64,000 bases of DNA from Malacoraja senta. Its lineage: Eukaryota. Positions within the stretch are counted from its first letter, which is position 1, and each line of letters begins with the position of its first letter. Position numbers and translations under genes: made by a program. Location: contig JAXLNO010000038.1 in the NCBI GenBank assembly GCA_038087875.1, forward strand, positions 1 to 64,000, in the 5' to 3' direction. A model generated the notes under the pieces. The model worked only from the letters and a program-made list of their open reading frames with translations, was not told where the DNA came from and did not search any database. Shown in pieces: positions 53,406 through 64,000 of this stretch.

Positions 53406-53854
53406 AAACCACTCATTTCAGCCCACAAGATCCCTATTAGCCGAGAAACTAGTCCCTTTTGCCCAAAATGCCTGTATTAGCCCAGGAGGAGCATTTTGAC
53501 CCAAAAGGCCCGTGCCAGGCCAGGAAACGTCCAGAAAAAAGTGCCTTTCACTGAGATTTCACTGAGATTTAAAAAAAAAATTTAAAGTCCATTTGACCCA
53601 TCGGGCCTGACCTAGCCCAGGAGGAGTTCCTTCGGCCTATCAGTAAGTATTCCCCCAGCAAGTATTAAACCTCACCCCAGTATTTTCTCCCTCCCTTCAT
53701 TGGCTTCATGTGAGATCCAGGCCAGGATAGACTTTCCTCCTTCATTGCTGTGATCTGCAGAAAAAGATGAAAAATGTCTAAAATTGATTCTCGACCCACT
53801 TCCCCTTCTCTCTCACAGTCTCTCACCTGTTTTGGGCAGAATTTCTGGCAGTTT

Positions 53855-54052
53855 CTGAGCTGCCAGCCCCCAGGCCTGAGTGACTGAGCTGACAGCCCAC
53901 CAGGCCTGAGTGACTGAGCTGCCAGCCCATCAGGCCTGAGTGACTGAGCTGCCAGCCCACCAGGCCTGATTGACTGAGCTGCCAGCCCACCAGTCCTGAG
54001 TGACTGAGCTGCCAGCCCACCAGGCCTGAGTGACTGAGCTGCCAGCCCACCA
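53855..54052. repeat. 30-bp minisatellite, about 6.5 units, inside the Helitron
   Basis: Unit CTGAGTGACTGAGCTGCCAGCCCACCAGGC. Confidence 0.95.
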
Positions 54053-54758
54053 ATCCATTCAGCCCACAATGTCCATACCCTCTGGAAACCAGTCCCTTCG
54101 GCCCACAACACCCATAGTAGCGCTCCAGAAATCCTCCCCACTGGCCACCAATATTGGAATTGGTGGAGAGGTGGAATATTGCGTTGGGGGACCAGCCCTC
54201 CTGTGTGAACATGGGACCCAACGGGTCCCACTTAGTCTAGTGTTTCAATAAGATCCCCTCTCTCCTTCTAAATTCCAGAGTATACTCAGGTTGGGTAGGA
54301 ATGGAACAAAAGGGAAGGACTGAGAGAGGGTGGAGATCCAGACACTGAATGAGTCTGGTGATAGATGCAGTTTGAAAGAAGGTGGTAAAGGTGACAAAAT
54401 AGTTCTATATTGGTAGGCATTGTGCCTTTGTGCAAGTAGGCTGGAGCACAATAAAGGAGTTGAATGGCAAGTATTTAGGTTTACTGTTGGCGCTGTGAAC
54501 TATCTGATGGAATGCATTTCCAATCCAACAACTCTCTTATAAAACAGAAAAGGCTTTTTCAACTTTTCCCACTCGTGCCCTGGTGCAGGGATTAAAGACG
54601 CACTTCATTTGAAATAATCTTCATCACCAAGAGGGTGGCACATTACCAGAGCAGGGCCAATCCGCCCAAGTTGCTGCCGGCCGGGATGCGAGCGGCAGGA
54701 GCTTTGGTTTAGAGAATGAAGGATCATCCTCACTCACCGTCCCAAGCTGAAAAGGTTC

Positions 54759-55028
54759 CGTTTAGTTTAGAGATGCAGCACGGAAACAGGCCCTTCGGCC
54801 CACCGAGCCCGCACTTACCAGCGATCCCCGCATATTAACACTATCTTACACACAGTGGGGAAAATTTACAATTATACCAAGCCATGAACCTACAAACTTG
54901 TACGTCTTTGGAGTGTGGGAGGAAACTGAAGATCTCACAGAAAAACAACGCAGGTCACGGGGAGAACGTACAAACTCTGTACAGACAGCACCCGTAGTCA
55001 GGATCGAACCCGGGTCTCTGGCACTGTA
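54759..55028 (-). mobile_element. HE1-like V-SINE, followed by a partial Harbinger-type MITE end (about 55030-55130)
   Basis: SINE consensus; CCTGTCCCACT end and similarity to the 44297 MITE. Confidence 0.75.
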
Positions 55029-55354
55029 AAACCCCTGTCCCACTTTCCTGAGTTACTCACGAATTCTCCCGAGTTTTCCCCTTGATTCAAACTCGGAGAT
55101 GCCAGCCGTAGGTACTCGGGCTATTTTTGCAAGTCTTGCAAGTGCCTGCAATGGCTCAGCATATATGTTCTTTCAATTCTCAATAAAGTGATCAGCTACG
55201 TTTTATTTCGCAACTGCACCCAGATACCCTCACTAGATGAACTATCAGTAATGTCATCTTGGACTACTGCTGTGAAATTCTCCTTAATGAGTAAAACAAT
55301 TCTACCTCCTCTTTTATTCCCACCTCTTTCTCACCTGTGGCACCTGCACCCTGT

Positions 55355-55745
55355 AACATAAACATAGAGAAAAAAAATAGGTGCAGGCCCTTCGAGCCAG
55401 TTCAATATGATCATTGCTGATCGTCCAAAATTAGTACCCCGTTCCTGCTTTCCCTCCATACCCCATGATTCCGTTAGCCCCAAGAGCTAAATCTAACTCT
55501 TTCTTGAATACATCCAGTGAATTGGCCCCCACTGCCTTCTGTGGTAGAGAATTCCACAGATTCACAACTCTCTGGATGAAAATGTTTTTCCTCAGCTCAG
55601 TCCTATATGGCCTACCCCTTATTCTTAAACAGTGACCCCTGATTCTGGACTCCCCCAACATCGGGAACATTTTTCCTGCATCTAGCCTGTCCAATCCCTT
55701 GAGAATTTTATATGTTTCTATAAGATCTCCTCTCATCCTTCTAGA
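55355..55745 (-). mobile_element. CR1 3' fragment
   Basis: ORF 55431..55853. Confidence 0.85.
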
Positions 55746-55966
55746 TTCCAATGGATATGAAGCTGCCTGTACTGTCCCTCTCTCAGCCAGGTTTCCATAA
55801 CTCCAGTCTGAATGGTCCCAGGGATTTTTCACTCTGCACTTTACAATAAGCATCCACTTTGACTACGCTCTACAGGGAGTCTGATCCAAATTCCTGTCCT
55901 CTGGTGGTACTCCCTCGAAAAATGGCTTCTCATGGCTCCAGTACCATGGTTCAATGTTAACCTGTT

Positions 55967-57924
55967 AAAGAAGGAACTGCAGATGCTGGAAAATCGAAGG
56001 TACACAAAAATGCTGGAGAAACTCAGCGGGTGCAGCAGCATCTATGGAGCGAAGGAAATAGGCAACGTTCCGGCCGAAACCCTTCTTCAGACTGATAGGG
56101 GGTGGGGAGAAGAAAGGAAAAAAGGAAAAAGGCGGAGGAGGAGCCTGAGGGCTGGGGGAGGGGAGGAGACAACCAGAGGGCTGATGAAGGGGAGGGGACA
56201 GCAAGGGCTAGCAGAATTGGGAGAATTCAATGTTCAAGCCCCCAGGATGTAGACTGCCCAAACGGAATATGAGGTGCATTTCCTCCAATTTACGGTGTTG
56301 CTCGCTGTGGCCATGGAGGAGACCCAGGACAGAGAGGTCAGATACGGAATGGGAGGGGGAGTTGAAGTGCTGAGCCACCGGGAGGTCAAGTTGGTTATTG
56401 CGGACCGACCGGAGGTGTTCGGCGAAACGATCGCCAAGCCTCCGCTTGGTCTCACCGATGTAGATCAGCTGGCATCTAGAGCAGCGGATGCAATAGATGA
56501 GGTTGGAGGAGATGCAGGTGAACCTCTGTCGCACCTGGAACGACTGCTTGGGTCCTTGAATGGAGTCGAGGGGGGAGGTGAAGGGACAAGTGTTGCATCT
56601 CTTGCGGTTGCAAGGGAAAGTACCAGGGGAGGGGGTGGTATGGGAGGGAAGGGAAGAATTGACAAGGGAGTTACGGAGGGAGCGGTCTTTGTGGAAGGCA
56701 GACATGGGGGGAGATGGGAAGATGTGGCGAGTGGTGGGGTCACGTTGGAGGTGGCGAAACTGACGGAGGATCACTTGTTGTATGTGACGGCTGGTGGGGT
56801 GAAAGGTGAGGACTAGGGGGACTCTGCCCTTGTTGTGAGTGGGGGGACGGGGAGAGAGAGCAGTGTTGCAGGGTATGGCAGAGACCCTGGTGCGAGCCTC
56901 ATCTATGGTGGAGGAGGGGAACCCACGTTCCCCTCCTCCACCAACACTCCTCCGTCAGTTTCGCCACCTCCAACGTGTCATTCTTCAGGGAACGGGGGTT
57001 CCCCTCCTCCACCATAGATGAGGCTCGCACCAGGGTCTCTGCCATACCCCGCAACACTGCTCTCGCTCCCCATCCCCCCACTCACAACAAGGGCAGAGTC
57101 CCCCTAGTCCTCACCTTTCACCCCACCAGCCGTCACATACAACAAGTGATCCTCCGTCAATTTCGCCACCTCCAACGTGACCCCACCACTCGCCACATCT
57201 TCCCATCTCCCCCCAGGTCTGCCTTCCACGAAGACCGCTCCCTCCGTAACTCCCTTGTCAATTCTTCCCTTCTCTCCCATACCACCCCCTCCCCTGGTAC
57301 TTTCCCTTGCAACCGCAAGAGATGCAACACTTGTCCCTTAACCTCCCCCCTCGACTCCATTCAAGGACCCAAGCAGTCGTTCCAGGTGCGACAGAGGTTC
57401 ACCTGCATCTCCTCCAACCTCATCTATTGCATCCGCTGCTCTAGATGCCAGCTGATCTACATCGGTGAGACCAAGCGGAGGCTTGGCGATCATTTCGCCG
57501 AACACCTCCGGTCGGTCCGCAATAACCAACTTGACCTCCCGGTGGCTCAGCACTTCAACTCCCCCTCCCATTCCGTATCTGACCTCTCTGTCCTGGGTCT
57601 CCTCCATGGCCACAGCGAGCAACACCGTAAATTGGAGGAAATGCACCTCATATTCCGCTTGGGCAGTCTACATCCTGGGGGCTTGAGCATTGAATTCTCC
57701 CAATTCTGCTAGCCCTTGCTGTCCCCTCCCCTTCATCAGCCCTCTGGTTGTCTCCTCCCCTCCCCCAGCCCTCAGGCTCCTCCTCCGCCTTTTTCCTTTT
57801 TTCCTTTCTTCTCCCCACCCCCTATCAGTCTGAAGAAGGGTTTCGGCCCGAAACGTTGCCTATTTCCTTCGCTCCATAGATGCTGCTGCACCCGCTGAGT
57901 TTCTCCAGCATTTTTGTGTACCTG
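55967..57924. mobile_element. Penelope-like element as a long inverted duplication (two GIY-YIG arms), 15-bp TSD
   Basis: ORFs 56208..56774 (-) and 56975..57712 (+) are nearly identical (C..RCNTC, NLIYCIRC..C..YIGETKR); CAATGTTAACCTGTT at 55952-66 and 57925-39. Confidence 0.93.
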
Positions 57925-58154
57925 CAATGTTAACCTGTTGTGGGAAGTTTGCATATGCTCAATATGAATGTGAGAGTTTCCCTCAGGTTTCTTCCCACAT
58001 TGTAATTTAAATGGCTATCGTAAATTAGCACTAGTGCAAGTAGTTCATAAGAGAATCAGGATAGGTTGATGGGGCAAGTGAGAGAGAGAGAGTATGGGTT
58101 CCAGGAAACTAAGAAAGGGATTCATGGACTGTTCTGAGGAGTTGGCATTAATTA

Positions 58155-59390
58155 ACCTGTTGGAATTCTTTGAGGAAGTAAACAGCAGGATGGACAAAGG
58201 AGTGGATGTGGTTTACCTGGATTTTCAGAAGGCCTTTGATAAGGTGCCACACTGAGGCTGCTGAGGAAGATGAGAGCCCACGGTATCAAAGGGCACGATA
58301 GCAGGTTGGCTGGATGGCTGAAGGCAAAGAGTGGCAATAAAGGGGGCTTTTTCTGGTTGGCTGCCAGTGACTACCAGTGTTCTGCAGGGGTCAGTGCTGG
58401 GGCCGCTACTCTTCATGTTAATTAACAATGATTTGGATGAGGTGATTGAAGGCTTTGTGGCCGAGTTTGCAGATGATACAGAGATAGGTGGAAGGATAAT
58501 GGAAGGATGTTGAGTGAGCAGGGAATCTGTGGAAGGATTTGGACAGGTTGGGAGAATGGGCTGAGTAGTGGCAGATGGAATATAGTGAAGCAAAGTGTGG
58601 AGTCATGCATTTTGATAACAGGAATAAAGGCGTAGGCTGTTTTCTAAATGGGGAGAGAATTCGAAATCGGAGACGCAAATGTACTTGGGAGTGCTGGTGC
58701 AGGATTCCCAAAAAGTTAGTTTGCAAGTCGAGTCGGTAGAAAGGAAGGCAAATGCATTTATTTTGCGAGGGCTAGAATACAAAAACAGGGATGCAATGCA
58801 GAGGCTCTGTCAGGAGCTGGTCAGGCTGCATTTGCAGTATTGTGAGCAATTTTGGGCCTCATATCCGAGCAAGGATGTGCTGGTGTTAGTGAGGGTCCAG
58901 AGGAGATTATGAGAATGACCCCAGGAATGATTGGGTTAACATGATCAGCGTTTGACAGCTCTGGACCTGTACTTGCTGGAATTTAGAAGGATGAAAGGAG
59001 ACCTCGTTGAAATTTATCAAAAAGTGAAAGGCCTGGATAGAGTGGATGTGGAGAGGGTGTTTCCGCTAGTGGGAGAGACCAGGACCAGTGCCCAAAGCCT
59101 CAGAATAAAAGTACCTACCTTTAGAAAGGAGATGAGAAGGAATTTCTATAGTCAGAGTGTGGTGAATTTGTGGAATTCATTGCCACAGACAGCTGTGGAG
59201 GACAAGTCAATGAATATTGTTAACAAGTGAATTGACAGATTCTTGATTAGTACGGGTGTCAGACGTTATGAAGGCAGGAGAATGGGGTTGAGAGGGAAAG
59301 ATAGATCAGCCATGAATGAATGGCAGTGTACGCTTGATGGGGTGAATGGCCTAATTCTGCTCCGAGAACTTAAAAATTGATGAACTTATG
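58155..59390 (+). mobile_element. Degenerate 5'-truncated CR1
   Basis: RT fragments (QGSVLGPLLF, FADD), C-terminus and tail. Confidence 0.88.
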
Positions 59391-59654
59391 AACATGCTGG
59401 CATCCTTCTGTGTCATGAGAAAACATGCAACTCTCCATGGCTCTATGTGGAGAGGTAGTCTGTGAGGGCTAGTATTGTGTGAGCTGGGCAGGCAGAGTGG
59501 CCACCGTGCTGCAGTGTGGGGCTACACAGCGAGTGTGAGCTGTGGGTGATTACCTCCTCTGTGGGTCGACAGACCACTTGGATCCCACAACCTCCCTCAC
59601 CATCTCCTGCCGAGTGCAATGTCTGCTGCTGTCTCCCAGCCCAGAGATGTGTAC

Positions 59655-59963
59655 TTTAGTATAGTTTAGAGATACAGAGTGGAAGCAGGCCCTTCAGTCC
59701 ACCACGTCTGCGCTGACCCAGCAATCCCTACAGATTAACACTACCCTACACACACTGGGGACAATTCTTTACATCTATAACCAAGGCAATTAACCTACAA
59801 ACCTGTACGTCTGGAGTGTGGGAGGAAACTGGAGGTCACAGTGAAACCCACGCAGGTCACGGAGAGAATGTACAAACTCCGGACAGACAAGCACCCGTAG
59901 ACAGGATCGAACCAGGGTCTCCAGCGTTGTAAGGCAGTAGCTCTACTGCTGCGTCACCGTGCC
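59655..59963 (-). mobile_element. HE1-like V-SINE
   Basis: SINE consensus, reverse orientation. Confidence 0.8.
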
Positions 59964-60190
59964 ATCCATGTCTCCAGGATAACGAGGTCAAAGCTAGCGG
60001 GTGGCCATTGAGCCTGTTGCCATGGAGTCTGTGAGGTGCTTCATTTGCTCCAGGTTATGAATGGGGAGGGCAAGGGGTTGGCGGCAGGTTCCCTCCACCC
60101 AGGCGGTTGGCTCAGCAGCAAGCAGCACTGCCAAGGTCAAGGGTTCACGCCTAGGTTCATTCCAACAAAGCCGTGCTCTCAGTAATATAC

Positions 60191-60289
60191 CTTTCCGCAT
60201 AAAATGCTGCAGCAATCGCTTTATGCTCTGAATCCATTGATTCTGTCACTACATCCCGTACGGGTAAGGAGGTAACAGCGTACCGTTTA
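60191..60289 (-). CDS. Candidate 99-bp coding exon (KRYAVTSLPVRDVVTESMDSEHKAIAAAFYAE)
   Basis: CCTCAG acceptor, AAG|GTATAT donor, open frame, unique sequence. Confidence 0.3.
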
Positions 60290-60982
60290 CTGAGGCACAG
60301 TAATAAATGTTCACAACATTTCTTCTTTCAAATTGAAACCAGTAACAGGCAACTATCATCCATTCTTACACCGATCAGCAGTGCCTTTATGGAATTGCAT
60401 CTGACATAATCCTCATTCCTAGGCCGTGATCTCTCAAAGAGTGCCAGGAACTCTCACTTCTGCATCATTGTGTTTATAGACAGATACATGGTTGGGGCAC
60501 CGGCTTGCTTCTCCCATGTGTAGCTTTCTGTGGCTTCAACGCATTGTTATGTTAGCCATAAAATAACACTGCAGATTTCTTCTAAAATCCGGCATGTAGA
60601 GGGTAATCATTTGGCAGTTTTCTCTCTCGTTCCTTCTTGTTCTCTCCCCCTCTGTACTCTTTGACTGCAGTGTTTATGCATTCACTCCCAGCTTTGGTTG
60701 CAGAGATATTTACACCACCGCTACATATTATACAATGTTCGCTGTCTGAGTTCCCAGGGAAGATCTGCAGGGCGAGGGTGTCTCTGCAGTCTCCACGGAG
60801 CCACATGCTGCTTGCATTACAACGTACACGATGGCATATTGTTACAAGGCTTGGTACTTGAAAAGGATTATTCAGATTTGGCACGTTGTTTCAATTTCTT
60901 GCAATCATAAAATCTCGGGACTCATGTACCCAAGACTGGTCGTGGAAACATGGCAGCTCAGAGGTTGGGCAGCATGGGCGTT

Positions 60983-61270
60983 ACGGTGGCGCAGCGGTAG
61001 AGTTGCTGCCTTACATTACCAGAGACCCAGGTTCGATCTTGACTACGGATGCTGTCTGTACCGAATTTGTACGTTCTCCACGTGACCTGCGTGGGTTTTC
61101 TCCAGGTGCTCCAGTTTCCCCCCACACTCCAAAGACGCACAGATTTGTAGGTTAATTGGCTGTGCTAAAGATTGTAAATTGTCCCTTGTGTGTGTGGGAT
61201 AGGGTTGGTGTGCGGGGATCGCTGGTCGGTGTGAGCTGAAGGGCCCGTTGCCGCTCTGTTTCCCTCAACT
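60983..61270 (+). mobile_element. HE1-like V-SINE
   Basis: A and B boxes and core. Confidence 0.8.
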
Positions 61271-61700
61271 AAGAAGTTGACTTCACGTTGTGGAATGTGG
61301 TGGATTTGTATTTTCTCCATTTCACTGTGTTGTGTGGCAACATGTAAACTTGGACTGTTCCCGGTGGAGCGTGAGGAATTAGGTCACCAACCTTACTGCA
61401 TGCATTCCTCCAAAACAAGCAGCAATAAGAATTGAGTGGGGTTAGTGGCCAATGGTCGAAGCAAATGTATACAAAGGAGAAGAGGAGAAAGGAATGTTGT
61501 TTCTAATTACAAAACAAAAGCTTTAGAATGGGATGTTGTAGTAGTTATGGTGTAGCCTTGGCTGCTGGTCCTTGTAATACTGACAATGTCCTATTATCTT
61601 CTTCACGTCATTAGTGCCAACCTTTTATACCAGCGGTGGGATTCAGACTTATCCACGGATCAATGTATCATCAGTAACTTGACCAGTAACCTACATCCCA

Positions 61701-61928
61701 GAAAATGCTTGAGTAACTCAGCAGGACAGGCAGCATCTCTTGATAGAAGGAATGGGTGACGTTTCGGGTCGAGACCCTTCTTCAGACTGAAGGGTCTCAG
61801 AGAGTCTGAAGAAGGGTCTCAACCTGAAACATCACCCATTCCTTCTATCCAGAGATGCTGCTTGTCCCGCTGAGTTACTCCAGCATTTTGTGCCTATCTA
61901 CGGTGCAAATCAGCATCTGCAGTTCCTT
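61701..61928. mobile_element. Fold-back PLE pLTR insertion
   Basis: Inverted arms; CCTACATCCCA at 61690-700 and 61929-39; paralogous empty site at about 62.7 kb. Confidence 0.85.
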
Positions 61929-61987
61929 CCTACATCCCAACCTTCCCACCTCCAACTGGAACAAGCAAGGATGTTGTCTCTCTGAAA

Positions 61988-62285
61988 GAGAGGATGTTTC
62001 CCACTAGTGGGAGAGTCTAGAACCAGAGGCCATAGTTTCAAAATAAAAGGATGTACCTTTAGAAAGGAGATGAGGAGGAATTTCTGTAGTCAGTGGGTGG
62101 TGAACCTGTGGAATTCATTGCCATGGTGGCCAAGTCAATGGATATTTTAAGGCGCAGATTGACAGGTTCTTGATTAGTATGGGTGTCCGGGGTTATGGGG
62201 AGAAGGCAGGAGAATAGGGTTGAGAGGAAAGATAGATCAGCCTTGATTTAATGGCGGAGTAGACTTGATGGGCCGAATGACCTTA
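61988..62285 (+). mobile_element. CR1 3' fragment
   Basis: CR1 C-terminal and 3'UTR sequence. Confidence 0.8.
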
Positions 62286-63664
62286 TTCGAGGGAAAGATC
62301 AAAATTCCACGTACAGTGTTAAAAGAACTTAATGCTGAAATCAGTGGCTGAGGGCCAAATGAGGAATGTAATGAGCGGAAGCTTTGTGGGTGGGTAATGA
62401 ATGGTGAGCATCAAACTGCATCATTCTGAGCTGTTTTAATGAACACGCTCCGTTCTCAGAGAATGTGAGTGCTGTCAACAAGGCCATTTATTGCCCAGTA
62501 CTAATTGTCCACTTACTGGCTTCCTGATCAATGACAGAGGCCGATAGTGGTGGGTTTGAAGGTCGGATCAATCAGGTGTGCTGGTTTTCTTTATTGACAA
62601 AGTGTCAGAGGATTTCAACTGACATTGCCGTAGTCTCTTGGTCACCCCGCAGGTGCCAACTTTTTATCCTAGTAGTGGGATTCAGACTTCTCCATGGATC
62701 AATGTATCATTAATAACTCGACTAATAACCTATATCCTATCCTTCCCACCACTAACTGGAACAAGCAAGGACTTTGTCCCTACATCAACTCATTGACTGA
62801 TTAAACCATCATATACATTTTTGTTACACATAGGCTCGCTTATTCCAGTGATCCTCTGCCTCCCCTCCCACATTCTTTCCCGTACACTGAAGCAAAAGCA
62901 GAATTGTTGGAAGTACTCACCCAACAAAGCCACAGAGAGATAAACCAATCAACGGTTAGGATCAATGGCCCTTCCTCAGAAGCGGTAACTGGTTTCATTC
63001 CCCAAATGCTGTTTGACTGGTGGAGTTCTTCCAGCATTTTTTTTGTTGGTTTCAGTTTCTAGCATTTGCAGTTTCATTGGTTTTCTATTCATGGTAAACT
63101 GAAGTTCTTCCAAAACCTGTTTCCATTTCCTAACTCATGACAAGTCCTGTTCATTCATCATCTGAGTGCTTTCCATTCTGTATCGGTTCTCATCTATGTT
63201 CTCCCTCAACCCTGAATTACTTGCGATCCTCTTCACCACCCACCAAATTCATTGCTCAGCCTTTGGCAACTAAAGCTTCAGCTGCCAAATTCCTAAGCTC
63301 TGGTTTCTCTTCAAAAACCCTTTCCATATCTCTTTATCTCCTTTTCCTTCCTTAAGATGCTCCTTAAAATCTACCACTGGCCACCTGTTCTTCACCGGTC
63401 TGAGTATCTCCGAGTGGAGCTCAATGTCATAATTTGTTTGGGAAGCTTCCCTTTCTGCAGCTTTTGCAACATTAATGATGTAATACAAATGCAACTTGTT
63501 CGTAGGGATGAAATGCAACCTGTGGCAGCCGCATTGCTGCCAGCATCATTATTATCTGCCAGGTCTCCTTTGTGCAACGACACAGTGTATTGGGTTCAAC
63601 ACCCTCTGCACTTTTGCCATTGGCCAAAAATCAGATTTTTTACAGTGTCAACCATTAGTTTTTT

Positions 63665-63838
63665 TTAGGTTGGAGATATTGTGTGGAAACAGGCCCTTTG
63701 CCCACCCAGTCCACACCGACCAACAATCATCCTTACACTAGCTCTACCCAACAAACTAGGGACAAGTTACAGAAGCCAATTAACCTGTAAACCTGCACGT
63801 CTTTAGAATGTGGGAGGAAACTGGAGCACCCGGAAAAA
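63665..63838 (-). mobile_element. V-SINE 3' part
   Basis: SINE tail and core, reverse orientation. Confidence 0.65.
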
Positions 63839-64000
63839 ACTGGGAGAGGGTCTCCAATGAGGTAGATAGTAGTTCAGGACTGCTCTCTAGTTGTGATAGG
63901 ATGATTCAGTTGCCTGATAACAGCTGGGAAGAAACTGTCCCTGAATCTGGAGGTGTGCATTTTCACACTTCTATACCTTTTGCCTGATGGGAGATGGGAG

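Larger units (their letters stand above)
50515..54240 (+). mobile_element. Non-autonomous Helitron
   Basis: 5' TC; 3' hairpin TGGGACCC-AAC-GGGTCCCA (54212-30) then CTAG; inserted between A and T of a - strand CR1 whose halves (50357-50514 and 54241-54285) rejoin with no TSD. Confidence 0.88.

Noticed and set aside
52223..53428. 401-aa and 251-aa F/H/S-rich ORFs
   Set aside because: Stop-free translation of the 64-bp minisatellite
52225..54052. CRISPR-like arrays
   Set aside because: No unique spacers, no cas genes, eukaryotic context
53665..54231. ORFs with GGLAAQSLRP repeats
   Set aside because: Translation of the 30-bp minisatellite inside the Helitron
60582..60910. Overlapping 70-100 aa ORFs on both strands
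   Set aside because: No recognisable motif or consistent splice structure

Overview
Repeat-dense vertebrate DNA, most likely from a cartilaginous fish (skate or ray), inferred from HE1-like V-SINEs with CR1-type tails, abundant CR1 LINEs and Penelope-like elements (PLEs). Most long ORFs are transposon-derived: CR1 ORF2, a young 5'-truncated L1 with a TSD, a Rex1-like RT, two DIRS1-like tyrosine-recombinase retrotransposons and PLE GIY-YIG fragments. Non-coding elements include Harbinger-type MITEs, a DNA transposon with a 7-bp TSD, and a 3.7-kb non-autonomous Helitron carrying two minisatellites. Host genes appear only as candidates: a TE-free 3'UTR-like block on + (about 16.7-19.0 kb) and possible exons of a convergent - strand gene. 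The most notable items are (1) many TSD-flanked fold-back PLE insertions with a hammerhead-ribozyme-like motif, from about 150 bp up to a 1.96-kb near-perfect palindrome, (2) a three-junction rearrangement that moved and inverted the 5' part of a DIRS element and half of its CR1 target into the Helitron, and (3) a readable DIRS ITR/ICR end structure. Coordinates were counted by eye. Family names rest on motifs and structure, not on database searches.
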